39,375 bases of DNA from Cyanophora paradoxa CCMP329 (GCA_004431415.1 QPMI01000608.1:1-39375); one strand, 5' to 3'. Positions 1-11,000 are shown, numbered from the stretch's first letter. Notes: generated by a model from the letters alone, not told the origin. Made by a program: numbers and translations.

Positions 1-481
1 ATTCAAAGAAGACTTTATCAGAGATTCAATAATAATTCAGAGAGAAGCCAGAAGCTGGTCAAAAGAAAGCTGACCCAACTCTGTTCACACTTCTACACAA
101 TGATGATGAGTATAAGATGGCTCACATGAAGATATTACTGGATATGTGGAAGAACAAAGAGGTTGAAGAGATCTTAAGGTCCCCCTCAATCGATTATTGA
201 ACAGGGAATTAACTTTATAGCTGAAAATGATAAGATTGGTGAATGGCTTAGATAATTTCGAGGTTACATAATGCAAACGACTTTGTTTCCAGTGATATCA
301 TTTACAAATCATACAAAAGTGTTGATGATAAAGTTGAATGTGTATCTGTATGAAAAGAGTAAGGGAGATCTTCAATGTTAAATCAGAAAGAAAACGAGTT
401 ATGGTATTCTTGCCAGAGGATATATTGGATTCGAAAGATAACAAGGGTTCAGAAGACAATGAAGATGATGCCGAATATTAA
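1..481 (+). CDS. C-terminal part of a D5-like (SF3) primase-helicase, frameshifted and 5'-truncated by the window
   Basis: Manual translation across frames gives IQRRL (Arg-finger-like), EAGQKKADPTL..YKMAHMKILLD, FIAENDKIGEWL, NDFVSSDIIYKSYK and RGYIGF, ending at TAA 479-481. This is the usual order of helicase tail plus winged-helix in D5 proteins. It is missing from the ORF track because of several indels. Confidence 0.7.
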
Positions 482-535
482 ACAAACGATTATGATTGAG
501 ATTTACATATATTTTATAGCCTTACTGAAATGTTT

Positions 536-635
536 GTGTGACAGGTGTGACAGGTCCATCCCAAGGAAAGCCCTGGTGAAAAAGTTGATTTCAAAATCGA
601 TGGGATAGACCTGTCACACCTGTCACACCTGTCAC
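536..635. repeat. Palindrome of 9-bp iterons (GTGTGACAG)n, candidate replication origin
   Basis: Arms 536-563 and 601-628 are 28-bp inverted repeats with 1 mismatch, plus a partial extra unit at 629-635. The same motif family recurs at 16790-17174. Confidence 0.9.
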
Positions 636-750
636 TATCGAAAAAGACCAAAATTTGACAAGAATACTTAAGGCTTACTTGATTGTGTATAGTGAAGACA
701 AAATGGCAAAACTCTTGATGAGATGACCATGACTGAGTTAGATAAATGCA

Positions 751-1471
751 TTAAGCATGGAGATATTGGAGCATATATCGAAATGTCACAGAGATTGATA
801 GGTTACAATATGTATGCAGCAAACCAAAGAGAAATAGATCAGTAAATTCACATAACTGTTTCAGTGTCTGAGAATGCAAACAAAAAAACAAAAGCATATT
901 TACAAAAGTTATCTGTGACTTGATTGCAAGTATAAAGCCAATTCCTTTGTATATATTTTTAGCTGCCTCAGTGGCATACTGAGACCGCTTTTTCTCAATT
1001 ATCTTATAGACCTGGGGGTCCATTGCTACTATCAGTGGCAAATAATATTTAATCGGTCTCCCTCTGGGTCTCTGCTCCTCTTTTTGGGCTTTTCTGCGAT
1101 AATAGGAACATGCTTGTTGTTCTTATACTCTCTATATTCTGGGTCCTCTCTATATCGTTTCTGCTTTGCTAGAATGTGTCTAATAGCACCCTCAGTTAAA
1201 GGCTCATCACTGGTAAACTCGATTAAACTAATTGTATCCTCCATTAATATTTGCAGAGAAAACGTTTTCACCAGAAAGAACTTCTCCTTGGATACTCCTG
1301 TTGCTCATATGTATACTCTGTGGGGTCTGCTGGCATTGACTCCACAGAAACTGTTGATCTCCTTCTCTCTCTTGCTTCTGAGGCATTATCCTCATTATCT
1401 GACATCTCAAACTCCATTGTTGTCTCACAGCATCCACTGTGGCAATTGCTCACCACATGCAGACTGAACAT
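751..1471 (-). CDS. Hypothetical viral protein(s), probably one gene split by frameshifts
   Basis: Three abutting or overlapping minus-strand ORFs (1268-1471, 1032-1271, 751-1041) with charged, protein-like composition. No recognisable motif, and the ends are uncertain. Confidence 0.4.
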
Positions 1472-1565
1472 CTCAAAACTTTCGTATTATATCCATGTCT
1501 CTAATAAAACAGAGAAAATTAAAGCCAAACTCGTCTTTTATATACTGTTGGGGCTACTCCCTTTT

Positions 1566-2244
1566 CTACTTCAGCTTTGGTGGCACCAGGTTCAATGGTT
1601 CCCTTTGGGTCTTTGTTTTCATTTCATCTACTGCCTGCTCATCGATTTGGTTCTCTTTCTTAGCAATAAACTGTTTATCTGGGACACCAGTGATACCCAT
1701 TTTGAATACTTCCTTTCGAAGCATCTCCTTTAGCTTGGCTCTCTCTTTCTTCTCAGTAACATACTGCTCCAAGGCACTTGATTTGGCTTCCAGATCTTTG
1801 AGTTTAGCAGTCATCTCATCCCATTGAGCTTTGGGAATTCGATGAATATTTTGAGTGGGAGCAGTCTTATATGTGACTTCACCAGCCATAGACTGGATTA
1901 CCTTGTCTGATTCCTTACTAAGACCTTCACCTTTGCGAGCCAGTGAAAGATCTTGCAAGCCTAAACCTTTATCATCAGCAGCACCAATAATTCGCCTGGC
2001 ACCCTCAGCAACAGCTTTCATTTTGAGGCTTCTGGTGAGATGTTGAGTTGGTCAGCAGTTGAAGCTGTGGGGCTTTGTCATCGACTGATTCCTCATAGGC
2101 AGCATTGAGGGGTCTTCTTGTTGTGAGGGCTTTATCATTCATACCATTGAATTTCATTGGTTCAGTGTTAATGGATCCATTGTTTCCACCACCTGAATAG
2201 CCAACAGCCCCAGCTGGGATCCCTATTTTTCGTTTGGGAGGCAT
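1566..2244 (-). CDS. Hypothetical basic/coiled-coil viral protein, frameshifted near 2010-2065
   Basis: ORFs 2005-2244 (starts MPPKRK, NLS-like) and 1566-2021 overlap and join if indels are allowed. TAATAAAG lies just upstream of the ATG. Confidence 0.55.
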
Positions 2245-2272
2245 TGTATCTTTATTAGAATGAGAGATAATT

Positions 2273-3022
2273 TTATAAACCGCGTTTATATCGCATCAAT
2301 TTATTGCTATGGACTTGGCTTTTCACTTCTTTGGGGGCTTCCTCTTTCTCTGGTGGTTTCAGTTCATCTTCTTTCTTTTTTGGCTTCCTGTGGAAGCGAG
2401 GAAAATCGAAATCTCCAACTAAATCGGCTTTATCGACATAGTATTTAACTTAGTAGTTTGCAGAGGACCAAACGATATGATAGGAGTGAACATACTCTTC
2501 AAACATTTGTAGAAATCCTCTTTTTTCGCATTATATTGTATTCTTCCTCTATGGCTTCAAGTTCTTTTGCGATTAGCAGCACAAAACATAATCATAATTC
2601 AGAATTACACTTGAACTTTCGAATTTCTGAGAGATAGATAATGGATATTTTCGAATGGCGCCTCTGGAATACAAGATCCATTTTTATCTCCTGAGATCGA
2701 CTTCATTTCTATCATTAAATCATCTAAAACACCACATATGGTTAAGGTTCACCCTTTTCTCTTTCTCTCTCTTAAATTTGCAATGTAAGGGATCCCATGC
2801 ACCCAGTTGAACTGTAGCAGCTTTGTCCCAAAAATGTGAAAATGAGGTAGCGGATATAATAAGTGTTGTATCAATCTTTTTGGCATCATGCAGCTGTTTC
2901 AAATAATATTTTACAGCTTCAGTCTTCCCACATCCTGATTTCCCAAGTATGAGTAGTCGGAAAGGGGGTTCTATCATTTCACCAGCCACAAATTCCTCCA
3001 GTTCAGAACTTGGTATAGGCAT
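2273..3022 (-). CDS. A32/FtsK-HerA-type genome packaging ATPase, frameshifted
   Basis: Walker A LILGKSGCGKT is in the listed ORF. In other frames downstream are Walker B (VLDDL, about 2735-2720), MDLVFQRRHSKISII (the family's RH motif), SQKF...NYDYVL and a charged tail ending at TAA 2275-2273. Total about 250 codons, adjacent to the capsid gene. Confidence 0.85.
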
Positions 3023-3081
3023 TGTTGTAGATCTTCCTAAATAAAGACAGATAAAAATAATGCTGGGAGACTGAAAATGGT

Positions 3082-4452
3082 CTATAAATTGATTCTACGA
3101 AGACCTGAACCGTCCACAATGAGGAAACTATGCATGAGAGCGCGAACATTAACATCGATTACCTTATCTGAAGGCATGTAGAGGGTGAGGAAGGAAGAAG
3201 AGGAATTTGTTAAATCAACATAACCAGACTGGGCAATATTTCGAATTGCCTTTTCTCCATCAAGGCAGAATGGGAGTCCTGAAAGGACATAGCGATCAGC
3301 AACCTTATCCATGTTAGAGCATTTGAAGGCATCAGCAATTAGCTCAGCACCTTTGAGTAGGGAAATTGGCTCAGTGGCATAAAGTCGCTGTCCATTAATT
3401 TCAACAGTGAAAGTAATATCTTTGGAGTTGGCATAGGTCTTAAGAACACTGTGGGAGCCAGTGGATTTATCAACAGTTGCATTATCACGAACTGAAACAA
3501 GCAGAGCATAAACAAGACCTGAGATTTGAGAGAGGTTAATTCGATTGGGTTGGGCATTGCCCTTGGCAGGGAAAGCACTAGCATCTACAAATCCAATATC
3601 AAGGGAGGGAATAGCCATGCCAGTAGTCTTTACTTTTTCAATAACAGTAGCGAAAAGCTCATCAGAAACATTAATAGCATGCATGTAAAGGCGAGGAGAA
3701 GTAATAGAAATAACAGGAGTTGTTGCACCAAGACTGAAAGTGGTGATGTTTTGACCAACATGGGCAAGTGTAGCATTAGCAGTATCACCAAGACCATCAT
3801 CTTCTGTCTTATCAGCAACTGTCCCACCAACAACAGGGAGAGAGCGACCACCATAGGAAGTTTCAACATAACCCTTCTCAGCATCCTTAAACCAAACAGT
3901 AACAACCATTTCACCAGATAAAGCACCAAGGGGAAGATAATGATTGAGCCAAGGCACAGGGATTTCAACGAAAAATGAGCCACCAAGTCGGTTGGTTCCA
4001 TGAGCAGGGATACCATGAACCATGCCCATTGATCGCTTCTTTTTAGCTAGTTGATCCTCCGAATAATAGACCAGGGGGAAATGAGCAAGGAAATCAGATG
4101 GAATATGGTAGGTGTAAGATCCATAGGTAATTTCAAGTCGCTGAACTAAAGCACCAACTGGGCGAGTGTATCCATTGCGAACTAGGTCAGTATCACCAGC
4201 AAACGTGATGGCTGGAAGGTCGAAAGCAAGTTCGAGTTTTCCACAGAAATTGTAGCGAGGTAGCTTGAAGGAAATGCGATTTCCAACATTATTCTCAAAA
4301 GTATTGCTGGGATTCACAACAACTAGAACTGGCTTAGACTTAGATTCGAGACCAAGCATAAGGGAGTTATCCAGGAAAAAGGCTTTCGCCTCCTCTGGGG
4401 TTGTTAGGGCTTCTTTCAGCGAAAGTCTTTGAAGAGTGGAAGTGATATCCAT
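3082..4452 (-). CDS. Double jelly-roll major capsid protein (456 aa from the likely ATG at 4452)
   Basis: Intact beta-rich ORF between the ATPase and penton genes. Motifs GNRISFKLPR..GKLELAFDLP, ALVQRLEITYG, FFVEIPVPW..YLPLGAL..EMVVTVWFK and VEINGQ parallel NCLDV-type capsid motifs. ATAAAAG precedes the ATG at 4452. Confidence 0.85.
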   Translation of the reverse strand: MDITSTLQRLSLKEALTTPEEAKAFFLDNSLMLGLESKSKPVLVVVNPSNTFENNVGNRISFKLPRYNFCGKLELAFDLPAITFAGDTDLVRNGYTRPVGALVQRLEITYGSYTYHIPSDFLAHFPLVYYSEDQLAKKKRSMGMVHGIPAHGTNRLGGSFFVEIPVPWLNHYLPLGALSGEMVVTVWFKDAEKGYVETSYGGRSLPVVGGTVADKTEDDGLGDTANATLAHVGQNITTFSLGATTPVISITSPRLYMHAINVSDELFATVIEKVKTTGMAIPSLDIGFVDASAFPAKGNAQPNRINLSQISGLVYALLVSVRDNATVDKSTGSHSVLKTYANSKDITFTVEINGQRLYATEPISLLKGAELIADAFKCSNMDKVADRYVLSGLPFCLDGEKAIRNIAQSGYVDLTNSSSSFLTLYMPSDKVIDVNVRALMHSFLIVDGSGLRRINL

Positions 4453-4505
4453 TATATTCTCTTTTATTATACTGCAACATAAAAAATCTACCAATGATCC
4501 TTAAT

Positions 4506-5513
4506 TTATGCGAAGCTTGTAATAACTGGATAGGAAGGGTGAAGCTGCGACATTCTCATCTTAAAGTATTCATAAACTGGGTCCCCAGCTGGCTCATCAC
4601 CATAGCGAATTTCAAAGGTCAGATGAACAGGTTGACCCTCGAAATCAATTGGTTCATTTACAGCATTTACAATATCAACCGAGAAAGTGGATAATCCAAC
4701 CTTTTTATTATAATATTTGTAAAGTGGGTGAGCCTCTGTTGAATTATAAACTACATGCTCTCCATAGTCTTTATCAGGGACCACTATTTTATGGAAGTAA
4801 CCAGTCAGGAGACCATCCCCACATTGCACCAGATCACCCAGCTCCTTTACCCTCACAAACAAAACACTGTCCCTTGTCTTTTCAGGCTCAAAAGAAGATA
4901 TAATGCCATTCACTCGACCACCAGTAAAAATTCCATCAGTGAGAGCATCATAGACCTGTGATTGGATTGGGAGTTACCATATCTTCCAGGATCAAGACCC
5001 AGCAGTCTAGCTGAACTCAACAGCTTTTGGATTGTTTGTTGGCTTGGGTTCACAGCTACTGAGAAAGCCAAGTAAAATGGTACTGCTGAGTGGAATATAA
5101 TTCGTTTCAGTGATTCATCCCATTTGCAGCGAATGGATGGTTGGGGATTCTGCCTTCGAATTTAGAGTTAATTACATTCACCAGTTGCTGGTGGCTTTGG
5201 ATGGGGTGTTTCGACTTATAATGAATTGTTTCCATTGTTCATAGTCAGCAGCTGGGCGAACTGTTGGAATTCCTGAGCTTCCAGCTCCAGGAGTTTGTTC
5301 AGAATAATAAATGCTAAATGCATTGTCAACTGTCACATCTCCTGCTTTGGTTTCACCACTCACCATAGGGATACTGTTATAAAATTCGGCTGAGACCAGT
5401 CTCACAGCCCTCACATTCTCATAACTACTGGGGAGTCTAGCCACAAAGCTTGAAGTGGGACCATCACCAGAGATTGTATTAAATGAGCTAACCTCGATGT
5501 AATCCACAGGCAT
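4506..5513 (-). CDS. Minor capsid (penton-like, single jelly-roll) protein 1, frameshifted
   Basis: N-terminal SSFVARLPSSYENVRAVRLVSAEFYNS, middle SARLLGL (in an unlisted frame, about 5030-5000) and C-terminal LFVRVKEL...FSVDIVNAVNEPIDFEGQPVHLTFEI align by eye with the intact paralogue at 5543-6475. At least three indels are needed. Confidence 0.78.
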
Positions 5514-5542
5514 TCTTCTTTTATCTATATTCATATATTAAA

Positions 5543-6475
5543 ATGAACCGGCTCGTTAATATTGATAGCAGGGATAGAAGCCAAGGACAAAATGAAAACT
5601 CTTACAGGGTCACCCTCACAACTCCAGTAGAGAGACCAAGGGAATGCAGGGTTCTATATGCAGAGATTCCAAACAGCATCTATAACAGTGTGGGAACTGA
5701 TCATCTAACAGTTCAGTTTAATTACCAAGATGGTTCATATAACCAAGTGATCACACAACAAGTGTATCCCCTTCCCAGTGGCTACATCAATCAGGGTCAT
5801 TTTGGGGTAACACACCCTTATAATTATGGGCTGAACTATTCAAGCTTCCAAACCATTGCAGATAAAACTGTGTTTTTTGAGTTCAAGATATTCTACAATC
5901 CAACTACCTATAAAGTGGAGTTTTACAGTAACCATGAGTTTCGTTTTATTGCAAGCAACCAGAGAATAGGAAAGCTTTTGGGTGTAAGTTCTACTGAATA
6001 CACCACTGGGTATTATAGCACTCCTCCTGTTGGTGGATCTCCATATCGACCTGAGAACCTTTTAAAGTATGATGGTAAACCTATTACACCTGATCACCCA
6101 GCATGGGGAATCACCTTCTCAGGACCCAGACTCTCCTCAAAGCCCTTGCAGTATTATTTTGACAGCAGGAAGATGTCTGATATGAATGCTGAGCAGTATC
6201 TGTACATGCATATTAAAGAGCTAGCCCCCTTTGCCAGCAGACACAATATAATTCCGAAATCGCAACCACATAACCAGGGGGCTATCCTTAGATTACAATT
6301 GAGTAAGGATATAGGTGGCTATGTTTACCATAGTGGTGAGCATGCAGAATTCATTCAGATAAATGACAGAAACCTGGTGATAAGGGAACTCACAGTTGAG
6401 TTTAAAGATTACTTTGGTGAACTGATTGATATGAATGGAATCGATAATTCTTTTCAGTTGGAGTTTATCGAATAA
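5543..6475 (+). CDS. Minor capsid (penton-like) protein 2, 310 aa
   Basis: LVNIDSRDR start, VLYAEIPNSIYN, IGKLLG, YLYMHIKEL and ELTVEFKDYFGELIDMNGIDNSFQLEF are typical of minor capsid proteins of PLVs and NCLDVs. Confidence 0.85.
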   Translation: MNRLVNIDSRDRSQGQNENSYRVTLTTPVERPRECRVLYAEIPNSIYNSVGTDHLTVQFNYQDGSYNQVITQQVYPLPSGYINQGHFGVTHPYNYGLNYSSFQTIADKTVFFEFKIFYNPTTYKVEFYSNHEFRFIASNQRIGKLLGVSSTEYTTGYYSTPPVGGSPYRPENLLKYDGKPITPDHPAWGITFSGPRLSSKPLQYYFDSRKMSDMNAEQYLYMHIKELAPFASRHNIIPKSQPHNQGAILRLQLSKDIGGYVYHSGEHAEFIQINDRNLVIRELTVEFKDYFGELIDMNGIDNSFQLEFIE

Positions 6476-8021
6476 AGGCACCTGTAAAGTCAACTCTCAT
6501 TGTGGGAGCATTCACATACACAAGGGGATAAATGCGAATATATTTAATTCTGAGAGAAAAACCTATGTAAAAAGCATCCTTGATGCTGAGAGGAAATCCA
6601 CTCAATAGAGCCACATCACCTGAGTTGTGAGCATTGTTAATGTTCTCACAGACATATATTTTGTTTTGCCCATCTGATCGAATAAAAGACCAGTTGATCC
6701 CATCAGTGGATGTTGCCACATTGAAAGTCTTAATAAAAGCATTGGTGTCCCCTGATCCATAGGCAATCACAGAAGAGAGTTCAAAAGTATATGGGAAAGC
6801 AACTTGAAGGTATTCAGTGGGGGTTTCCCATATCTGCTCAGGAGCATAGGCTCCAGCTTCCCAGCCAAATGCTGAAGGTCTAGCCATGAAAGGCTCTTTA
6901 CCAGTCACAGAGGATGAGGCAGTGAAGGCATCATCTGCAAGCTGATACCAATTAGCATCCAAAGGTGGTGATGTAGTGAGAGTGGATGAAATGTAAGCCT
7001 TTGAAGGGTTCTTTAGTTCATAGTTTGCTACTAGTAGGCTGCAAAGCTTATTGATCATATCATTGTTTGCTGCAATGTAGGTTTCTGTGAAAGAAAGCAT
7101 ATCTGGGATTTTAGAAGTGTCATCAAGGGAGCTAACTATATGGTTTGGAAGAGGGACCGATAGCCTATAGTATCTCCCATAATCCTGATCATAGTTGTAG
7201 GGTAAAAGCTCCTCCATTTTATCAAGGGCAGAAAGCTCACTTGCAGCCATGAGCATGTTAATCAATGGGCTTCCATCTGTTGAGGCAATCCATGAGAGAA
7301 TGCCCCAGCTGTTTACAGTCTCATAAGCATAACCCACATAATCAGACTCTAAATGTGGGTCCACCTCACCACAAGAGATGCTTATTACTATAATGTCATC
7401 ATCATCACTGTAAATCTTCTTTGCATGGCTGTAACCACACACACTGGGATTATTGTTTCCCGAAATGGCACCATCAATGAGACAGACATATACTCCCCTA
7501 TTGAAATCAACAATGCTTACAGGAGAGAAATATGTAGGAGCAGCAGAAGTAGCCCTAGCAGCAATCTTACAAGGCATAAAGTTGTAATTGTTGTCATTTG
7601 TGATAAATATTGGTTTCATATTCTGAGTATCAAAGGATGTGATCACAATGTCCTTAAGGGAATCCTGTATTAGTGATTCACCAGTAACTGAATTGATTGC
7701 AGTCTCCAAGGGTCCCACATCATACTTTGTGTTAAATAGGGCATTTTCAATGATATTTCGAGGATTTGCGAAAATCAAGGGCAGTTGAGTTAGGTAAATA
7801 TTGTGTAAATCGTTTGCTGTCAGTTTAGGTTCACCTGGTTTATCAGGATGCCTGATGTTTAACCCAATAGCAATGATCCCACCAGTGGAAGTTCCACTCA
7901 CAAGATCCACAAGATCGATTATTCTCCTGCCAGTTCGATTTTCGATTTCTTTGAGCAGCCTGGTTATGATAATGCCCCTTGCACCCCCGCCAGAAAGACT
8001 TAAAACGACCTTGAGAGGCAT
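6465..8021 (-). CDS. Patatin-like phospholipase fused to a C-terminal discoidin (F5/8 type C) domain, 518 aa
   Basis: GGGARG oxyanion motif, GTSTG nucleophile elbow, SAAPTYF and DGA catalytic Asp. The C-terminal FTASSS..W..EYLQV..KTFNVATSTDGINW..KYIRIYP..MRVDF fits the discoidin pattern. Confidence 0.92.
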   Translation of the reverse strand: MPLKVVLSLSGGGARGIIITRLLKEIENRTGRRIIDLVDLVSGTSTGGIIAIGLNIRHPDKPGEPKLTANDLHNIYLTQLPLIFANPRNIIENALFNTKYDVGPLETAINSVTGESLIQDSLKDIVITSFDTQNMKPIFITNDNNYNFMPCKIAARATSAAPTYFSPVSIVDFNRGVYVCLIDGAISGNNNPSVCGYSHAKKIYSDDDDIIVISISCGEVDPHLESDYVGYAYETVNSWGILSWIASTDGSPLINMLMAASELSALDKMEELLPYNYDQDYGRYYRLSVPLPNHIVSSLDDTSKIPDMLSFTETYIAANNDMINKLCSLLVANYELKNPSKAYISSTLTTSPPLDANWYQLADDAFTASSSVTGKEPFMARPSAFGWEAGAYAPEQIWETPTEYLQVAFPYTFELSSVIAYGSGDTNAFIKTFNVATSTDGINWSFIRSDGQNKIYVCENINNAHNSGDVALLSGFPLSIKDAFYIGFSLRIKYIRIYPLVYVNAPTMRVDFTGAFIR

Positions 8022-8064
8022 CTTTTACTTATCAGGAATTTTATAAATCCCTATAGTAAAAGCC
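8022..8064. promoter_or_regulatory. Compact bidirectional promoter/initiator with inverted AGTAAAAG motifs
   Basis: CTTTTACT (8022-8029) and AGTAAAAG (8055-8062) are exact reverse complements, each 0-2 nt from a divergent ATG. Related (A/G)TAAAAG motifs precede other viral starts. Confidence 0.6.
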
Positions 8065-11000
8065 ATGAGCTTCAATTACCCACCCAATCTAGAAACCATT
8101 CAAGATGATAATGCAAGCAGCACCAAGCATGTGAACTTTGATAATATTAAAGTAAAGGGTTCAGTTTCAATTGACCACAGCTCTGATAATTCATCAAAGA
8201 CTCAATCAAGGGAGCATGCTTTATCTGTGAATCAAACCGATCCAGATAAAGAGGATGTCAGTGTTGCTTTTAGTTTGGGTAATGTGAAAGCAAACCAAGT
8301 GGCAGAGATCAAAGCCACCAGAAGGAGACCTAGGAAACTGAAAACCAGTGGCACTCACCCAGATATACCTTCCAGGTTCGATAGTGGTCGATTGATTTTC
8401 AATGTTCAAGATGAGCAGGGCAAACAGAACACAGCTTTACGAATTTACAATGAGGGCAGCACTGCAAAAGCTGAGGTCCCCCAAGTATTGCAAGTGGGTC
8501 CCATTGCCAATACAAATCAGGTCTCCTACACAAATGATGTCTACCCCAAGGATATTACATATGACTTTGCAAGAAATGAGCCTTTTGGGTTCTTTACTCC
8601 AAAAGATGTCCATCAAAAAAAGCCATCAATTACAATCAACAGTAGCCCCAGTCAACCAGTAGCAATCCATTTGCATCCTGATTTAGTCGAAATGGATAGG
8701 CACCTTTTGCCTTTGTATAGCAATGTGAAAGACCTTGGAATTCGAACCAGGCAATGGCGAAATATCCATGGCAGTAATGTGTATGCAAATGGTGAGAAGC
8801 TTGTTAGTGAGAAAACCCTAAGAGAAATCATTGAGCATTATGGTCCCAATGGACCTACTGTCCCATTCCCTATTCCATTTCCCAATGGACCACCCGATTT
8901 AACACCAAAGAAGCAGCCTGGAAGAGAATACACAGCAACTGAAGATGTAGCCTTTGGGCAGCATATTGTTAGTTGGGAGCAAGTTCGCAATAAACCTATA
9001 ATTGAACCCAGAAAGCAAATAGATGAGCAGTATTTACCTCCTGAAGTCGATATATTAGAGCTTGATGAATATCAATTCGTTCCAGATGAGGAAGAATATT
9101 TACCAGATGGTTTTGACCCACAAGAATATGAATATGATCAGTTTGACCCCAATGAGGAGGAAATATTGCCCGATGGCTTAGATCCACAAGAGTTTGAGTA
9201 TGAGCAGAACTATGAACCTGATGAGGAGTATTTACCAGATGGTCATGATCCACCAGCTGTTGACTATGAGCAACCTTATGAACCCCATGAGGAATTGTTA
9301 CCAGATGGATTTCGACCTGAGATCTGGGAGTTCTTTCCTGATTATGAACAAATTAATAATAAACCTGCAAAGTATCCCCCAGAGGATCACAATCATGATT
9401 GGGATGAGATCTTAGGCAAACCTCAGAAGTATCCACCAGAGGATCACAGGCATGATTGGGGTGAAATTGATGGGATACCTGCTGAGTTTCCACCAAGCAA
9501 ACATGAACACACTTGGGATGAGATCAATGACCAACCAGAATTCGCAAAGGTGGAGCCTCTTGATAACTTGGGGGTTTCTCTTTACCAGACTTGTAATGTC
9601 CCTGAAAGGATTTTTTTGAACGAACACTATGTTCATGTGAATGGGACACTTGCAAATTCAGCTATGAGAGGACCACTTCATATTAGGACATTACCAGGCT
9701 CTTTTGAAACCCCACCTGAACCAGGAGCAACCATACCAAATATCTTTGTGTCAAGCTACATGGAGGCTGACATTCCCACAGATACATTCAGAGTCCCAAC
9801 AGACCCAGCAACCTACCAAAATTACAACGCTGCTATACAGGTTCATGTAGCAGATGTAAGCAGTTTAGATGGCTCAAGACCAATGATAGTATTCAGCAGA
9901 GATAAATATTCTTACATTCCCATAGTGGGAACTGCAAATGATAATTATGGGAGGGCAGAGCTTGCATGGATTAAAACAGATTATGGTGGGGTTCTGGAAG
10001 CCAATCAGAGGATGGCTGCAAAAAACATACACAATGAAAATATTTCGAGAGTGGTCACAGAGGATTACCTTACTGCTGTTGTTCTTGTGAATATAGTCAC
10101 CCTTGCTATGCTTGCAAATTATGTAACGAAAAATGAACTTGCTCTTGAATTATCAAAGTATCTTCTCAAAACAGGTGGGACAATCACAGGGGACCTTACT
10201 GTTACCAGTAACCTTTACACAAGTAACCTTTATGCAAGCAATATAACGGTCGATTTTCTTACTGTTACATCTAATGCAAACCTCCCACATCATCCAACTT
10301 CAAATGTTGTGGAAGGGTGGATCAGAAACCATACTCACACCAAAGACCAAATTTTAGACTTTGATCACACACATGCCTGGTCAAATATTGTGGACAAACC
10401 ATTGACTTTTCCCCCAGATGATCACACCCATGCCTGGTCAAATATTTTCGACAGGCCCCTAACCTTCCCTCCTGATATTCACACTCATGATTATACCCAG
10501 ATCACCAACTGCAATCACAGACATCCTTGGAATGAAATAGATGAACAACCAGTGTTTGCACAATTAAATGCAATCGGAAATGTTTTTAATGGAGTCACAC
10601 TTTACCAATCGAGTAATACACCTGAAAGATTGTATTTGAATGATCATTATGTTAGTCTCAATGGGACTTTTACAGGTCAAACAGGCACTCCAATGGAGGG
10701 AACTCTTGCAGTAAGATTACCCAGGGATCCAATCGTAAATGGAGTTTATGATGGTGATTTTAATGTAGGAGTAAATGATACTTTCCCCAGTATCTATGTT
10801 ACAAATTATCACCCAGGTGAAACAGGACAAGTAGCCGATTTTTCAGCAGCTATTCAAATAAACGTTACAGATCAAAGCGCATATGATGGAGCAAGACCTA
10901 AAATAGTATTCACAAGGGAGAAAGTTGTAAACTATCTTCCCGTTGCGGGACAACCCACAGATGATCACGGTAAATGTGAGATGGCGTGGATAAAAACAAC

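Noticed and set aside
375-608. ORFs 375-608 and 16623-16835 sharing the peptide LCDRCDRSIP
   Set aside because: The shared peptide is just the translated GTGTGACAG iteron palindrome, not a protein motif.
3082-6475. Canonical virophage (mavirus-like) or canonical Polinton
   Set aside because: The MCP is shorter than typical virophage MCPs and has different motifs. No cysteine protease, pPolB or rve integrase is visible in the window, although they could lie to the left.
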